Shown piece after piece: positions 11,611 to 23,340 of a stretch of 55,836 nucleotides of DNA. The notes beneath the pieces were generated by a model that was not told the DNA's origin, made no database searches, and worked only from the letters and a program-made list of their open reading frames with translations. Every line of letters begins with the position of its first letter. The stretch's first letter is position 1. Source of the DNA: Chara braunii (lineage: Eukaryota > Plantae > Charophyceae). A program made the position numbers and the translations under genes. The DNA lies in NCBI GenBank assembly GCA_003427395.1, contig BFEA01000033.1, positions 4,785,719-4,841,554 on the forward strand, written 5' to 3'.

Positions 11611-11829
11611 ATATTCTTCTTCTTCTACTTCTTAGCTCCTTCTATTCTTGGGAGCAGGAGTCCGGTTCGTCTTCCACTGGCGACTCAAAATAATACAATT
11701 GTACGCACGTACCTATCTTGATTTTTGTGATTGCGCTTTTCCTCCTCTGCAATTGAGCTGTGCAATTACAGTGCCATGGTATTGGGGTGATGCATGTCGG
11801 GAAATGTGACTGTTTGGACTCCTGAGTGA

Positions 11830-12301
11830 GGGCATACTCACACTAGCACGCATTTTCATAAAATTGTAAATTGTAGGTGATTTTTTGGGTCACAAGGACT
11901 ACGTATTGTGCGTTTTCACGCAAATGGGCACCTAAATGTCAGCCGGCTTGGACAGCCGCGGGGTTATGTATTTTGCGGGAACCTCTGGAGGTCCCCGCAA
12001 TCGCGTATGTCTTTTAGACCTGTTTCTTTCTGGAAACCAAAAAAAAAAAGAATTCGACATTTGGTGGGCAGCTCTCGTAAGGGGGGGGGGGGGGGGGGGG
12101 GGAACAGGAAAAAGGGATTGATTTTTATGCATCGTGCTGTGTGACCCCTCGGCCTGTATAATTGCATTCCTAGAGCAGGCCGAGACTCTGTCCTCTCTGT
12201 TTTGTGATGTATACGGGTGTGCTGTGTGACTGGGAAGTGCCGTATAATCGCAAATTGGCTCACATATAATTTCGATTGTATGTGCTAGTGTGAGTGTGCC
12301 C
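11830..12301. mobile_element. PIF/Harbinger-like MITE (472 bp)
   Basis: 20-bp TIR GGGCATACTCACACTAGCAC / GTGCTAGTGTGAGTGTGCCC (1 mismatch); 3-bp TSD TGA. Confidence 0.75.
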
Positions 12302-12374
12302 TGAGATTAGACACTCGTGGAAATGTCTGTGATTGTTCAGACTTCACCCTGGAAAATGGAAAATGCGAGGAATG

Positions 12375-13135
12375 AGCCCTTGCAGGGCCCTTTTCAGACA
12401 TACAAGTGTTCTGGGCTGTGGCCCTAGCAAGCCTGTGCCTGCCCTAAGTGAAGGCGGGCCTGAATATTCACGAGAGGCCTGTTTTCAACATTTTTCCATA
12501 TGTGGGGGATTCAGACAGTTGCAGCATCCCAGTTGGTTACAGAGCAACGTGAGCCTTCCAGGCTCTTTCCAGAAGCAAAGGGCTGCGCTGTACAGTTGAG
12601 CCCAGGGCTCAGGTGGTTGCGCCCTGGGCACACGCTGTGTGAGGCCGACACATCACGGACTGGTTATGGGCCAATGAGGAAGCAGCATTGTCGTCACACA
12701 TGTGCCGAGAGCCAATGAGAATGCTGCAAACACTTGGAGGCTGGGCAGCTTCCTAAATGTGCCTAACTGCACGGGGCCCAGGCCAGTATCGAAAACTGGG
12801 CCTGGGCGCAGACACTTGGGGCCAGAGTCAAGCTACTGGGCCCCCCCACACGCCTGGCCAGGTCAGCCAGACACGGGCACACTTGCCATAAAGGAAAGTG
12901 TCTGCCCCAGCGCTGGGGCATTCTGGCCTGTGCAGGCATTGCGGCCGCACTGCTGCATTGTCGTGAGAAGCTGCACTATGCAGGCAGGCTGGGGCGCGCG
13001 TGGGTGCTAAGCGGTGAAGAGGGCACTGTGGTGGCAGTGGGTGCACGGCGGCCGTAGCCGGGCCGAGCGTGCGGGTGCGAGTGGTGGCGATGGTGGTCTT
13101 CAGGTAAGAGGCACATGCAGAGGGGAGACGAGGGG

Positions 13136-13180
<45 letters not shown>

Positions 13181-13450
13181 GTCTCTTATACACATCTAGA
13201 TGTGTATAAGAGACAGGATGTGGAGAGACGAGGGGTGATGAGGGGAGAGAGAGAACGGACCTGGTGTATGCTGGTGGTCAGCATTGGTGTTGACGTCACA
13301 TACATTGGTAGTTGACTTCGATGTGATCATGTTGCAAGAATGTAGACAGGCTAGATAGGCTGAGTAGGATAGGCTGGGCGCTGGGCACCAGACATTAAGT
13401 GCGACATTGGATACATTGTTGGTGTGACCAGAGGGTGGCGACATTGACAC
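12375..13450 (+). repeat. Unclassified ~1 kb dispersed repeat, copy 1
   Basis: Core GCCCTAAGTGAAGGCGGGCCTGAATATTC is shared with 16340-16930 (+) and 50900-51853 (-). Both ends align with the 50.9-51.9 kb copy. Confidence 0.7.
13179..13216. other. Nextera mate-pair junction adapter (Tn5 mosaic ends); assembly artefact
   Basis: Exact CTGTCTCTTATACACATCT+AGATGTGTATAAGAGACAG. Confidence 0.97.
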
Positions 13451-13611
13451 CTGAGTTCATTGTATTGCTCTTATTTGGACGGTATCTTGGTGCATTGCAC
13501 TCCCTGCTTGGTTCATGACTATCTGAGCTTCTTCGTGACCTTGCGACTTGGTTTTCTGTCTATCGTTCTCACTCATATTCCTTGCAAAAGTAAGCATACC
13601 ACAAGTTTTTG

Positions 13612-13651
13612 TGTGCAAGGATGACATGCATAAATTGAGAAATGGTCCAAA
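13612..13651 (+). pseudogene. U6: U6 snRNA 3' fragment with CpG decay
   Basis: TGTGCAAGGATGACATGCATAAATTGAGAAATGGTCCAAA; all three differences from the 5938 copy over the aligned core are CG>TG. Confidence 0.8.
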
Positions 13652-13965
13652 ACTTTGAACATGGTCGAGGTGCAGGCCACGAACATGGTCCAGGTTTAAA
13701 CGGAGATACACTTTCAGTGGCCTATTTGGGGATCAGCTGTTTGCGGGGGGAAAAAAAGAAGAATAGAAGGTTTTCTTTGCTTAACCTTCCAACCTCACTC
13801 TTCTACCCTTGATCTCTTCTCATTATCCCTGGACAACCATCACTTATCATTCACAAACCCTATGACCATAGTCTTTCTGGTGCGGTGAAGTTGCGTAAAT
13901 GCCTTCCATTTTGTGCAATTTTCTTGACGTTTGGACTCTGTGCCCGGTTGTGTGTTGACGTACAG

Positions 13966-14028
13966 GCATTATCTGTCGATTACTTCGTGAAAAAGTTCCA
14001 TGCAACTAGTGTGGTTAGTGAGATGGAG
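13966..14028 (+). CDS. Exon 2 of AAC4-like gene (ALSVDYFVKKFHATSVVSEME)
   Basis: tacAG|GCA acceptor and GAG|GTGAGT donor; 63 nt, phase 0/0. Continues the SE-ALS..EME motif. Confidence 0.85.
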
Positions 14029-16339
14029 GTGAGTTCTGCTTTCAGTTGACAATTGTCTGCTTTTTTTTTTTTGGTGTTGCTGTCTGATTCCCCAAGTCAA
14101 TGCATTGTGCAGTGAATCCTGTCTCGTTGAGAAGCCAATCAGCTTTGTCACACACATTAAACCACCAGTACCTTTCCCATATGTAGGTCGCGGGCACTGC
14201 ACGCCGGCCCGAAAATCAAGGCCGCAGTGCCCGAAAATCAAGACCGGCCGCGGATTCGATTTATCGGCGGCCGCCCTTCCGTTTCAGGCCGTGCCTCTGA
14301 AAATATAGCGGAGGGAGACTGAGCTGCGGATTTGAACTGAGAGATCAAAAATTTTGTAAACGGAATTCAAATTGTGGCCATGTACAAAGAGGAACAGAAG
14401 ATTTGCATTGCCCCATATGTGGGCTGGATTGGACTCTGTCGGCCGAGGAGAGTCCCACTGTGGGGAGGTTACAGGGCAGTGAACGTTCAGAGTATTTGGC
14501 CACTTCCCGGAGTGGTTGGGACCGTGCTTGCTACTCGTGCCTCGTGCCCTCGGGGGACTTGTGCCTAAACCCTCAACCCCAACACACTGAGCCCTCAACT
14601 CGTAGAACCTCTTTCCTTGGAGGGGACGCATTTCCTGATTTATTCTTTTCATTCTTGCACGGGACCATGCTTACCCCCCAAAGAAACTGCGATGCATGGG
14701 TCTTCCATAATTAGTCACTGGACTGAACAGCTGTGTGGCATTTGCAACATCAATAGAGAGCCGTTAGATGCAGTGGAAAACAGATTGACACTCAGTTTAT
14801 TTTCTGATCAAAACACATTGGCACTCAGTTATTCTGATTACTATTCCGCTCCTCGATCATACACCACAGGAGCACACAGTTTTGCAGATCACGGGAAAAA
14901 AAAACGGTTGGCGGTAAGCCTGTGCAAGGCAGCTGTCCTGCCCCAAGGACTGGATCGGCTCTAGGTTGCTCCACCTTGTTATGATGAAGATAAGTTCCCA
15001 GGGGGTAGAATCTACCTCAAGCACCACATGTAATCCATATGTATGCCTATGGCTGATGCCTCGCCCGAACAAAACACATGCCTGTTCGTTTTTGATATTT
15101 GCTCCTTTCTGTTAATCCGTGGTTGAATTTTGGGCAACACCTGGTCTGTTTGTTGAAGGTAAACCTTTGTGTATTGTCGGAGTGAGAGGCGGTTAACCGA
15201 GACGTCAGTTTTCAGACAACTTCTCATGCCATTTATAACAAAACCCAAGGGCCATTTTAATTTCAGTTTTGGACCCGTTAGTGAAGACCTGAAAGTGGGG
15301 ATCCCCGTTAACCGCTTGTGAAGAGGGAAAACAATCTCGCTGATGCAATGTGTTACCTGCCATAGCTGCACTCTCAATGCACAAGGAGGGTGAGAAAGGT
15401 GGAGGTGCACGGGTGAGGGGGAACCATGAAATACTCTAACTTAGGATGAGGAAGAAAGGAGGAGAGGTGCAGGAAGGAGCGAGGGGAAACAAGATAGAAA
15501 GTAGGGGAAAAGAGTAGCTATTGATGAAAAAAGAGCGGCTCAGAGAACACGTGGCCGCTTGCCCAGACCTGAGCTCGAATTGCAGTGGAATCAGATGAGT
15601 GAAAAACAACTGCCGAACTTACCTGGGACCGTCCAGTCAAACTTCAAAGATGATATCTCCAGTCAAATTTCAAAGATGATATCTCAAGGCCGTCGCCCTT
15701 GATTTTATTCAAAGAAAAAAGCAGTTGGCCAGGAATCTGCGCCCCATGTTTTTTTTTTTTCCACCTCTGGTTTGGGGTTGCTTCTGGGTCCTTTTTCTTT
15801 GTTAGTATTGAATAACCTACTTTCACTGTGTACTATGTAGTCAGATATCGGTATTGGGGGCTCACTTTTTCCTTCCCACTTCTGCTACCCATGCCCATTC
15901 TCCACCCAGTGAAATAGAGACCTGAGTTTGAGTTCCCAACCTGTTATGGGTGTTTCAGCCTTTCAGGCCTAAAGATCCATCTCAGGTTATGCCCCAGCAC
16001 TCTGATTTAACTGAGAAGAAAGGCATCACTTGTTAAGTTATTACACACTCCACATTCGTATTTAGTATTTATACTACTGCTGAGATCTTTCTGTTCTGGT
16101 GGTGGATTGGAAAAAAATGCAGTGAATACTGATTGCTGGGTTTTGTTGAGCACTCTATGATGGAATTGGAATGCTTTTGTTGGCCGTACCTCTTGAATAA
16201 GGCCTCCCCATTTCCCTGGTTTCGACGCAAAGTCTTTGTTGAGTAGGGTCTTCCGGCTTTCTGAGATGCTTTGAATTAATTTTGTTTTAGGTTGTTTGTT
16301 TTCTGAGTCATCACACTGCGAGGATCTGGGTCCTCGGCA

Positions 16340-16930
16340 GGCCTAAGGGGGCCCCTGCTGCAAATGTGCCCGCCCTACGTGAAGGCGGGCCTAACAAATC
16401 CCGAGAGGCCCTAAGCTGTCAAATTCATATTTGGGGTCCAGGCAGTTTCGTCGCACCAGTTGGTTGAGGCAACACAGGCCGAGCAGCAAGGAAATTCCAC
16501 GGCCTTCCAGGCTCTTCCGAAAGCACAGGCCCTGGTCGAGATTTGCAGCCTCATACACAGACAGTTGGGAGGCCCAACTGAATGAGGCCCAGTAGCTGCA
16601 CCAGAGGCGCAGCATCCTGGGGCCTACTGGAAGCTTCTGGGCCCAGGCCCAGGCCAGCCAGGCTGCGAAGGCAGACCAGCTCTTTTCCATATAGGAAAGA
16701 GCTGCCTGGCAGCTCATTCGGGCACTTGCATGCTGGCGGCAGCTCTGCTGGAGCTGAAGCTCGTGGGCTGCTGCTAGCGCTGAGAGGCGAAGTGCAAGCA
16801 CGTGCGGTCGCGCAAGGAGGAGGGCGCTGCTGAGGGCAGCGCCATAGCCCAGCCTCCATAGCTGGCGGGCTTGGATGTACAGTGAGGCGCAGGGGTGGTC
16901 TTCGGGTTTCAAGAGGGAAGACATGGGAGT
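16340..16930 (+). repeat. Unclassified dispersed repeat, partial copy 2
   Basis: CGCCCTACGTGAAGGCGGGCC...CCAGTTGGTT...CCTTCCAGGCTCTTCCGAAAGC matches 12437-12580. Confidence 0.6.
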
Positions 16931-17693
16931 AAGACGAGGGAGAGAGAGAGAGAAGGATGATGATGATGATGTGAGGGCACATACCTGGTATTGGCGATGG
17001 TCTGCATGGGCGACATCTTCAAGTACTTCGGAGGCTGTTGATGTCAAAGACTTCCTAAGATCGATGCTGGGTCAGCACATCAGCTAACTTCTCCCACGAT
17101 GACTCATGTTCGCAGATGATATCACAGTACTAATTAGAGTGTCTGATTCCGTCCTTCCATGCACTGGCCAGGGCAATGGAAGCCTTCAGACTGGCTTTGG
17201 AAATGAAGGTGAATTGGTCGAAATCTACAGAATGGTGGTTAGCAGAGGAGGAAACCCCAGTGATGTCGGGCCATGATCCCGAACAATCCAACGAGATATC
17301 TAGGAGTGCTGTTAACAAAGTGTAGCCCCTACCTTCAAATGGCACCACATAACATGTTTTAGCTAACTCACTCAACAGAATGGGAAGATGGGGACGAACA
17401 TTCATGTTACTCCTGGGTAGGGCATTCGTGCTGAACTCGTCAGTCTCTTCGCTTCGACCGGGTATGTTTCCTCAATCTGGACAGCACTAGACAACACACA
17501 CTGTCTCAATTGCACAGAAGAGTAAGAGCCTACCTTCGTTCACGCAACCCAAATGACCACAAATCACATCCCAAAAATAGCTCGACACTACCACTACATC
17601 ACACACAGCCAATCCGAAGGAGGACTTGAAATCAGAGATCCAAAACAGGAAATGAAAGCCGTACAGATCAAGTGGATTGTTAAACTACTACTA

Positions 17694-17797
17694 CCGTCTT
17701 CACCCCAATAGAACGCCCGGTCATTATAGCTGAATGTGGACGGAAAATTGCACCACATACGACTATAATGACCGGCGTTCTATTCGGGTGAAGATGG
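17694..17797. mobile_element. Tc1/mariner-type MITE, copy 2
   Basis: Same TIRs; TA flanks. Confidence 0.8.
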
Positions 17798-18196
17798 TAG
17801 TAGTGGAAGAAGATCTCCATGGGCGAACCTAGCAAGAGTTGGCAGTAGACGCCTGGCACCAACACCATCCCCCTGAAGATATGTCAGGCATGTTACCGGT
17901 GCAAAGAATGGAGTCCAAAGACTGGGACTACGACTAGAGAACCCTACACTGCCACCTTAGTGGAGTGCACTAATCAAAAACTTTCCAAGAAAGAAAGACA
18001 AACCCATCCAAAGAAGAAGTACTAAGGCAACCACTCTTTGGAAATACGAGATGGTGGGAAGTGCAGCTCGACAGTCACAAGCAAAGACCGACGGTGGTGT
18101 AATGCCTGACCGAAGCAGTATGGAAGATAACACATATTTGGAATGACAAAAGAAGAAAATGTCCCTCGGCATGGTCAGTCCTGAGCCACGCATGTC

Positions 18197-18267
18197 GGAA
18201 CGATACAGTGAAAAGATTAGCATGCCCCGTGCGCAAGGATGACACGCATAAATCGAGAAATGGTCCA
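18197..18267 (+). pseudogene. U6: U6 snRNA, 5'-truncated copy
   Basis: GGAACGATACAGTGAAAAGATTAGCATGCCCCGTGCGCAAGGATGACACGCATAAATCGAGAAATGGTCCA. Confidence 0.88.
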
Positions 18268-18609
18268 CAAAACGGAATGAGGAAAGAAGAGATTGGAAAT
18301 TGGCAGAACAACTCACAGCATCTTCGAAAGGGTGTTGCAAGGAAAATGAGCAATAGTGAGATGACAATATTCAGATTGCACAATCACATTGAAAGCCAGA
18401 TCGTGTCACCGTCTACAGAAGTAGCATTGCACCAATATGACACCAATGGAGAATCGTAGCACTGAAAAACCAATGTCAATGAGAACTTGCTCTCGCCACC
18501 ACCGACATATGTATCCAGTCCTTATCTCCCTACTTGGCGCTCGGCGCCCAGCCTACTCCCTTTGTAGTTTTTTTTTCTGAAAGCATGCTGTTGATCTGCA
18601 TGCAGCCCG

Positions 18610-19760
18610 TTACATCATCGCATTGGATTCTTTCCATTTTCTGAAATTCAGTCCCGGTCCCATTTTTCTGAAGTTTGATCCCACTCCCGTTTTTCTGAAG
18701 TTTGGTTCTGCGCCCACTTTTTCCATACTGGCAATTATAAAAGCCCAGTTTACTTTGTCATACATATACCTTTTCAAAAGTACAGAAGAGGATCGCGGCC
18801 TTACATTTGTTTTCCAAATTTCCACTGCAGTTTTGTTTCCTACCTCATTCAGAATATTATCCAGAGCGATTCCACATACTGTATCTACAAGGAATAAAGC
18901 CTGCCTGCCAGTGCCTGGTGTAAATGTAAACATTTATCTGTGATATTCAGGATTCTAAACTTCTAAAGGGCTAGTGCTTCAGCCAATATTTTTTTGTACT
19001 AAAAGGTTAACAGGGAAATGGGTCTGTAATTCCTTATGTCTTCTATTTCTCCCTTTTTGCAGAGGAGTGTAAAGTAATCACACTGTAGCTGAGAACCTTC
19101 CCTACTGTCTGCCCCCGAATAGAACGCCTGGTCATTATCGCTGCATCTGGACCGAAAGTTGTGCCAAATACAGCTTTAATGATGGGGCATTCTATTCGGG
19201 TGAAGACGGTAGTCCTCCTTGATCCCAGCTGTCGGTATAGAATTTCAACAGGTCTTTTCCCATCATTGGCCATAACTCTTCACAGAATTCCTTAGTCAAC
19301 CAACCCATCTCTGGGTAAACACTCAAGTGCGAAACCAGAGAAAGTTGCGTTCGGAATCACTGACCAAACTGTAGAATATTGGGAAAAAAAAATCAGTGAG
19401 TGGAAGAGGCACTCCCAGGCAACCGTCAGGTTGGAATTTTATGTAGTAACCCCCCGAGACTTGCCTAGAAGAATTTGAAGCACTTACTCTAGGAATTGGT
19501 CCCCGGGTCATGAAATCGTCCTGGTCGTATTTGCTAGAATAGAGGCTCCCATGTCCCAGGACGGAAAAAAAGAAACTCTTTTTCTAGTACATAATTAGTC
19601 GAGTACGAGATCCAATGTCTCGCCTTGTTATTGTTCATGTTTTGAATTGCAAAGTTGCAAACCATAGCTCTTCCTTAGATAATGACTTTGTCTAGGTCTT
19701 CTGCTTGCCTTTCTGATATGGTTTTGTCCAGGTATTGTAGCATTTTCTCCCTTGCGGCTC
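18610..19760 (-). mobile_element. Highly degenerate LINE ORF2 (RT region) relic, interrupted by a MITE
   Basis: Translated remnants LDKTISERQAEDLDK..AIQNMNNNKA and GRQ..DNILNE..YDKVNWAFIIASMEKVG resemble L1-clade RT motifs. Confidence 0.55.
19105..19209. mobile_element. Tc1/mariner-type MITE, copy 3
   Basis: Same TIRs; TA flanks. Confidence 0.8.
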
Positions 19761-20492
19761 TGCGTTGTGCGGGGATGGGAATTGGTGTTTTTGATTGGTA
19801 GAGTTCCTTATAGAAGTTCACTGCTATTTCCAGCATGGGCTTTGTGTCATTTTCTATGCTCCCTTAAACCCTTTAACCCTTTAACCCCCTCTTTCCGTAG
19901 CCCTTCAATCAAGTTCAATGTTCTTGGACCTGTTGTTGGGCTCGAATCGTGGAAAGCAGTGCTTAGACATTGATTCACTAAGCTTGTATTTCTGATCTGC
20001 AGACCCTTTATTCCCCGTTACCTCCATTGACCCAATTCTTTTCATGCTGTCTGCATGGGGCTCATGCATAAGGATGGGTCGTCGGTAAGGTTTTGTTCTC
20101 GTATCTTTAGTGCATTTTCCAAATTTTGTTATTGAATGTTTCTTTCCCTCTTTCAGCTTCCTCGAGATTCTGGCAGCTGTCTGAGGGATGATCATTTATC
20201 AGGTTAAGTGTTCCGTCAATCACATTTTCCTTCTTTTCTTTTCTTTTCTTTTCTTCTTCTTCTTTTTTTTTTTTTTTTGGGTGCTCACAGGACCCACCCC
20301 TACCGACCTCATCTTTCTGCTTCCTTAGCATAACCTCTGCTTCCTCATCTACTGGGGCACTTGTTTGGCCCTCTCGGGTCTACCCTGACCAAGGTCTTAC
20401 CTGAGACAGCCCTTCTGACCCAACCGGGGCGCCATGTTCCTAGCATAGCCTACTATTATTGCCGTATTAGGGGTTGCGTTATTGTTCATGCC

Positions 20493-21251
20493 GAGGGGGC
20501 AAGGTTATCGATTCCGTAACCCTCACCAGTTCGCCGCAGGGCTGATTCCTGCCAGGGAAGACCTCAGGCCCATCCCCCCTTGCACCCTCAGTTGGTTATT
20601 ATTAGTCCTGAGTTTATGATCCCAGGCCAGTCCGGAACCGATTGTTTCCACGGAGCCACCCTAGGCAATGTCTTACCTAAGTCAACTCTAGACCAGTCTG
20701 GGCGCCTATTGGGATGATGTTACAGTTGGTATGAGTGCCACTCTGGGCCAGTCCGGAACCGAATGTTTCCACGGAGCCACCATAGGCAGTGTCCCTAACC
20801 CAACTCTAGACCAGCCTGTGTGCCACTCCAGGCTTCCCGGAACCGAATGTTTCCTCGGAGCCACCCTAGGCACCGTCTCACCTATGCCAACTCTAGACCG
20901 GCCAGAGGACCTATTGGGATTATTCCATAGTTGGATTGTATGGTCCAGGCTAGTCCGGAACCGAATGTTTCCACGGAGCCACCGTAGGCAGTGTCAGTAC
21001 CTAAGCCAACTCTAGACTAGCCTGTGTCACTCCAAACTAGTCCGGAACCGATTGTTTCCTCGGAGCCACCCCAGGTAGTGTCCTGCCTAAGCGAACTATA
21101 GACCAGCCTGTGTACCTATCAGGTATAGACATGAATGAGCATAGTATGGAGGGGGCAGGGTTATCGGTCTGTAACCGTCGCACCAGTTCGCCACAGGGCT
21201 GATTCCTGCCAGGGAAAACCTCCAGCCCATCCCCCCCTGCACCCCCCCAGT
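20493..21251. repeat. Composite repeat: two ~100 bp direct repeats enclosing five tandem structured units
   Basis: GAGGGGGCA.GGTTATCG...CCAGTTCGCC.CAGGGCTGATTCCTGCCAGGGAA at 20493 and 21149. CCGGAACCGAWTGTTTCCWCGGAGCCACC at 20632, 20753, 20837, 20955 and 21042. Confidence 0.85.
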
Positions 21252-21290
21252 CAATTATGAGCTATGAGTTATGTGTTATGTGTTATGTGT

Positions 21291-21504
21291 ATTGGAGTTG
21301 AACCTGGGACCTCCAAGGTACGATATCAGAGCTCTACCCACAGAGCTATTGAGGTTATTAAAGGTGCTATGCCAGGCTTGGGCCAAGTACGTGGGGTGCA
21401 ATCTATACCAACCATTTGTGCTCGGGGGAAATTGCGGGCTGACAAAATCAAACCCGCAACCTCCCTGTTGCAACACCAGAGCTCTGTCCACTGAGCTACC
21501 ATGC
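21291..21504 (-). mobile_element. Two degenerate tRNA-like SINE heads
   Basis: Minus strand TAGCTCTGTGGGTAGAGC...GGTTCAACTCC (21291-21354) and TAGCTCAGTGGACAGAGC...GGTTTGATT (21445-21504). Confidence 0.55.
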
Positions 21505-21728
21505 ACTTGCTTTTACCAACTGGACGTCTCGAAGGTAAGACGCCAAGCATGCCATAGGCACTATCATGGGGGCAAGTCAATCACATTTTCCAATAGCAAG
21601 TCAAGTCAAATAAGAAAAGACATCCTTACCCCTCTCCCTAAACCCTACTGCTGGGTACCTTAGCTGTTCCTTTATTTCTGTTTGCCATTTCTTAGTCCAG
21701 TTTCCCTTTTGTTGAAGTTACATTCAAG

Positions 21729-21896
21729 GGGACGTTGGACCCGGTTTCCATCTCGAGGCAAATCTGGGTAATGGCCCCAGCTCTGTCCGGGTTGAGATGT
21801 CGAGGAATTCCTTACCTCATGGATTTTTATATAATAAAACTGCAACTGTTTCTGAAAAAAAAAAAGAAAAAAAAAAAGAAAAAAAAAAAAAGAAAA
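21729..21896 (+). mobile_element. Diverged non-LTR 3'-tail module with poly(A)
   Basis: GGGACGTTGGACCCGGTTTCCA, then ~105 nt, then an A-rich tail at 21855-21896. Confidence 0.5.
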
Positions 21897-22347
21897 GACA
21901 ATGACATCCTTACGCTCTTCCCCATTATGGCTGGGAAAGCCTTGAGTTTCGCTTCCATCTTCCCAACAGCTATGAATACTGTAAATAATTCAAATTTAAC
22001 TTTGTAATTTACTTGTCCTTAATTTCTACAATTTTGCTCAAGCCCAAATTCATTTGGTTGAGAGTCTGCTGCTTTGATTTCTGCATCATCAATCTTGCAT
22101 ATTCCAGCCTCAGCTTGTTGCTTTCCAATTTTTTTCTTCATGTTTTGCTCTTCTTTTTGTCCCCTCCTCCCTTTCCTTTTCTCTTTTTCTTCTTCCTCTT
22201 ATGATTATTGAAGTATGAATGAATCTAGTCACATGTAGGTGATGGTATACTTAGGTGATACGAAAGCCCACACATGTTTTCTTATGCACACAATGTGATA
22301 ATGCGCATGCACACGTGTGTGTGCGCAGGCGTTATCAGATTGTGTGC

Positions 22348-22350
<3 letters not shown>

Positions 22351-22443
<93 letters not shown>

Positions 22444-22444
22444 N

Positions 22445-22499
<55 letters not shown>
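22351..22499. repeat. (GT)n(GA)n compound microsatellite
   Basis: Directly visible. Similar tracts at 13140-13178, 24897-24966, 25209-25246, 46155-46249, 49493-49578 and 55801-55836. Confidence 0.95.
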
Positions 22500-22501
<2 letters not shown>

Positions 22502-22565
22502 ACCAGGAAATACTCTCTCCAATGTCTCCATATACTTACTGCAGCTCAACTTTGCCTGTTCTCAG

Positions 22566-22721
22566 ATTCAATATTGTTGCAGGGACTGGAAAAAGGTGGA
22601 TTACATATGTGATCTGTATGGCCGACGGGTTGGAGTTTCTGTCACAAGGGCCATGTGTCGCAATCGGGAATTCTCTGTTCGTGATGCAGAAAACCTCTTG
22701 CGCAAGAAGCTCAGTGGCTTG
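22566..22721 (+). CDS. Exon 3 of AAC4-like gene (IQYCCRDWKKVDYICDLYGRRVGVSVTRAM...KKLSGL)
   Basis: ctcAG|ATT acceptor and TTG|GTACGC donor; 156 nt, phase 0/0. Contains the KKVDY and GVSVTRAM family motifs. Confidence 0.88.
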
Positions 22722-22972
22722 GTACGCAGTTGCCTTCTATGCAATAAACACTCGTTTTTGAGAGTTGTTGTACCTTCTTCACATTCTCTTCTTTCTCTTG
22801 TTATTCTCATTTCTTTTCATCTTTTTTTTCCTTTCTTAAAGTTTTTTTTTTTTTGTGGGCCTTTAATACCCCTTATTCCATTTCACTTTGTGCAGTGTGA
22901 CCTTGTTCAGATTTCTAATCTGCGGAGTTGGGGATCGCAAAAAAAAAAAACAAAAAAAAAGGAACTACAAAC

Positions 22973-23340
22973 CTGCGTAGCACGGTGAACGTGTTCGCGC
23001 CCCTCCACTTTCGCGCGTTCGTGCGAACAGCTCGCGAACGCGTTTGGGCGAACATATTCTTTTTTTCGTTAAAAAAAAATAAAAATCTTTTTTTTTTTTT
23101 TTTTTTTTTTTCGGTTTTTGATTTTTAACTCACGGTTGGCTAAGAACTTGAACATGACTCCAAGGCAAAAGTTGCTTGTATTGTTGTTCTACATGACATA
23201 TGTATATATTTTTTTTTCAGATTTTTCTGAGACTTTTTTCCTTTTTTTTTATGTTCGCGTTCGGAGGGTTTCGGGCGCTAGTTCGCGTTCAGGCGAACAT
23301 GTCCGGGCTCGCCTCCGAATGCGAACACAGTGCTACGCAG
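22973..23340. mobile_element. MITE with 8-bp TSD (hAT-like), 368 bp
   Basis: TIR CTGCGTAGCACGGTG / CACAGTGCTACGCAG; TSD CTACAAAC/CTACAAAT; many subterminal GTTCGC/GCGAAC motifs. Confidence 0.7.

Noticed and set aside
13179-13216. Tn5/IS50 transposon ends suggesting horizontal transfer
   Set aside because: Exact synthetic Nextera junction adapter.
20622-21112. CRISPR-like array or tandem HDV-like ribozymes (TTCCACG loop)
   Set aside because: Eukaryotic context, spacers are homologous to each other, no cas genes; HDV P1/P1.1/P2 pairing could not be built.
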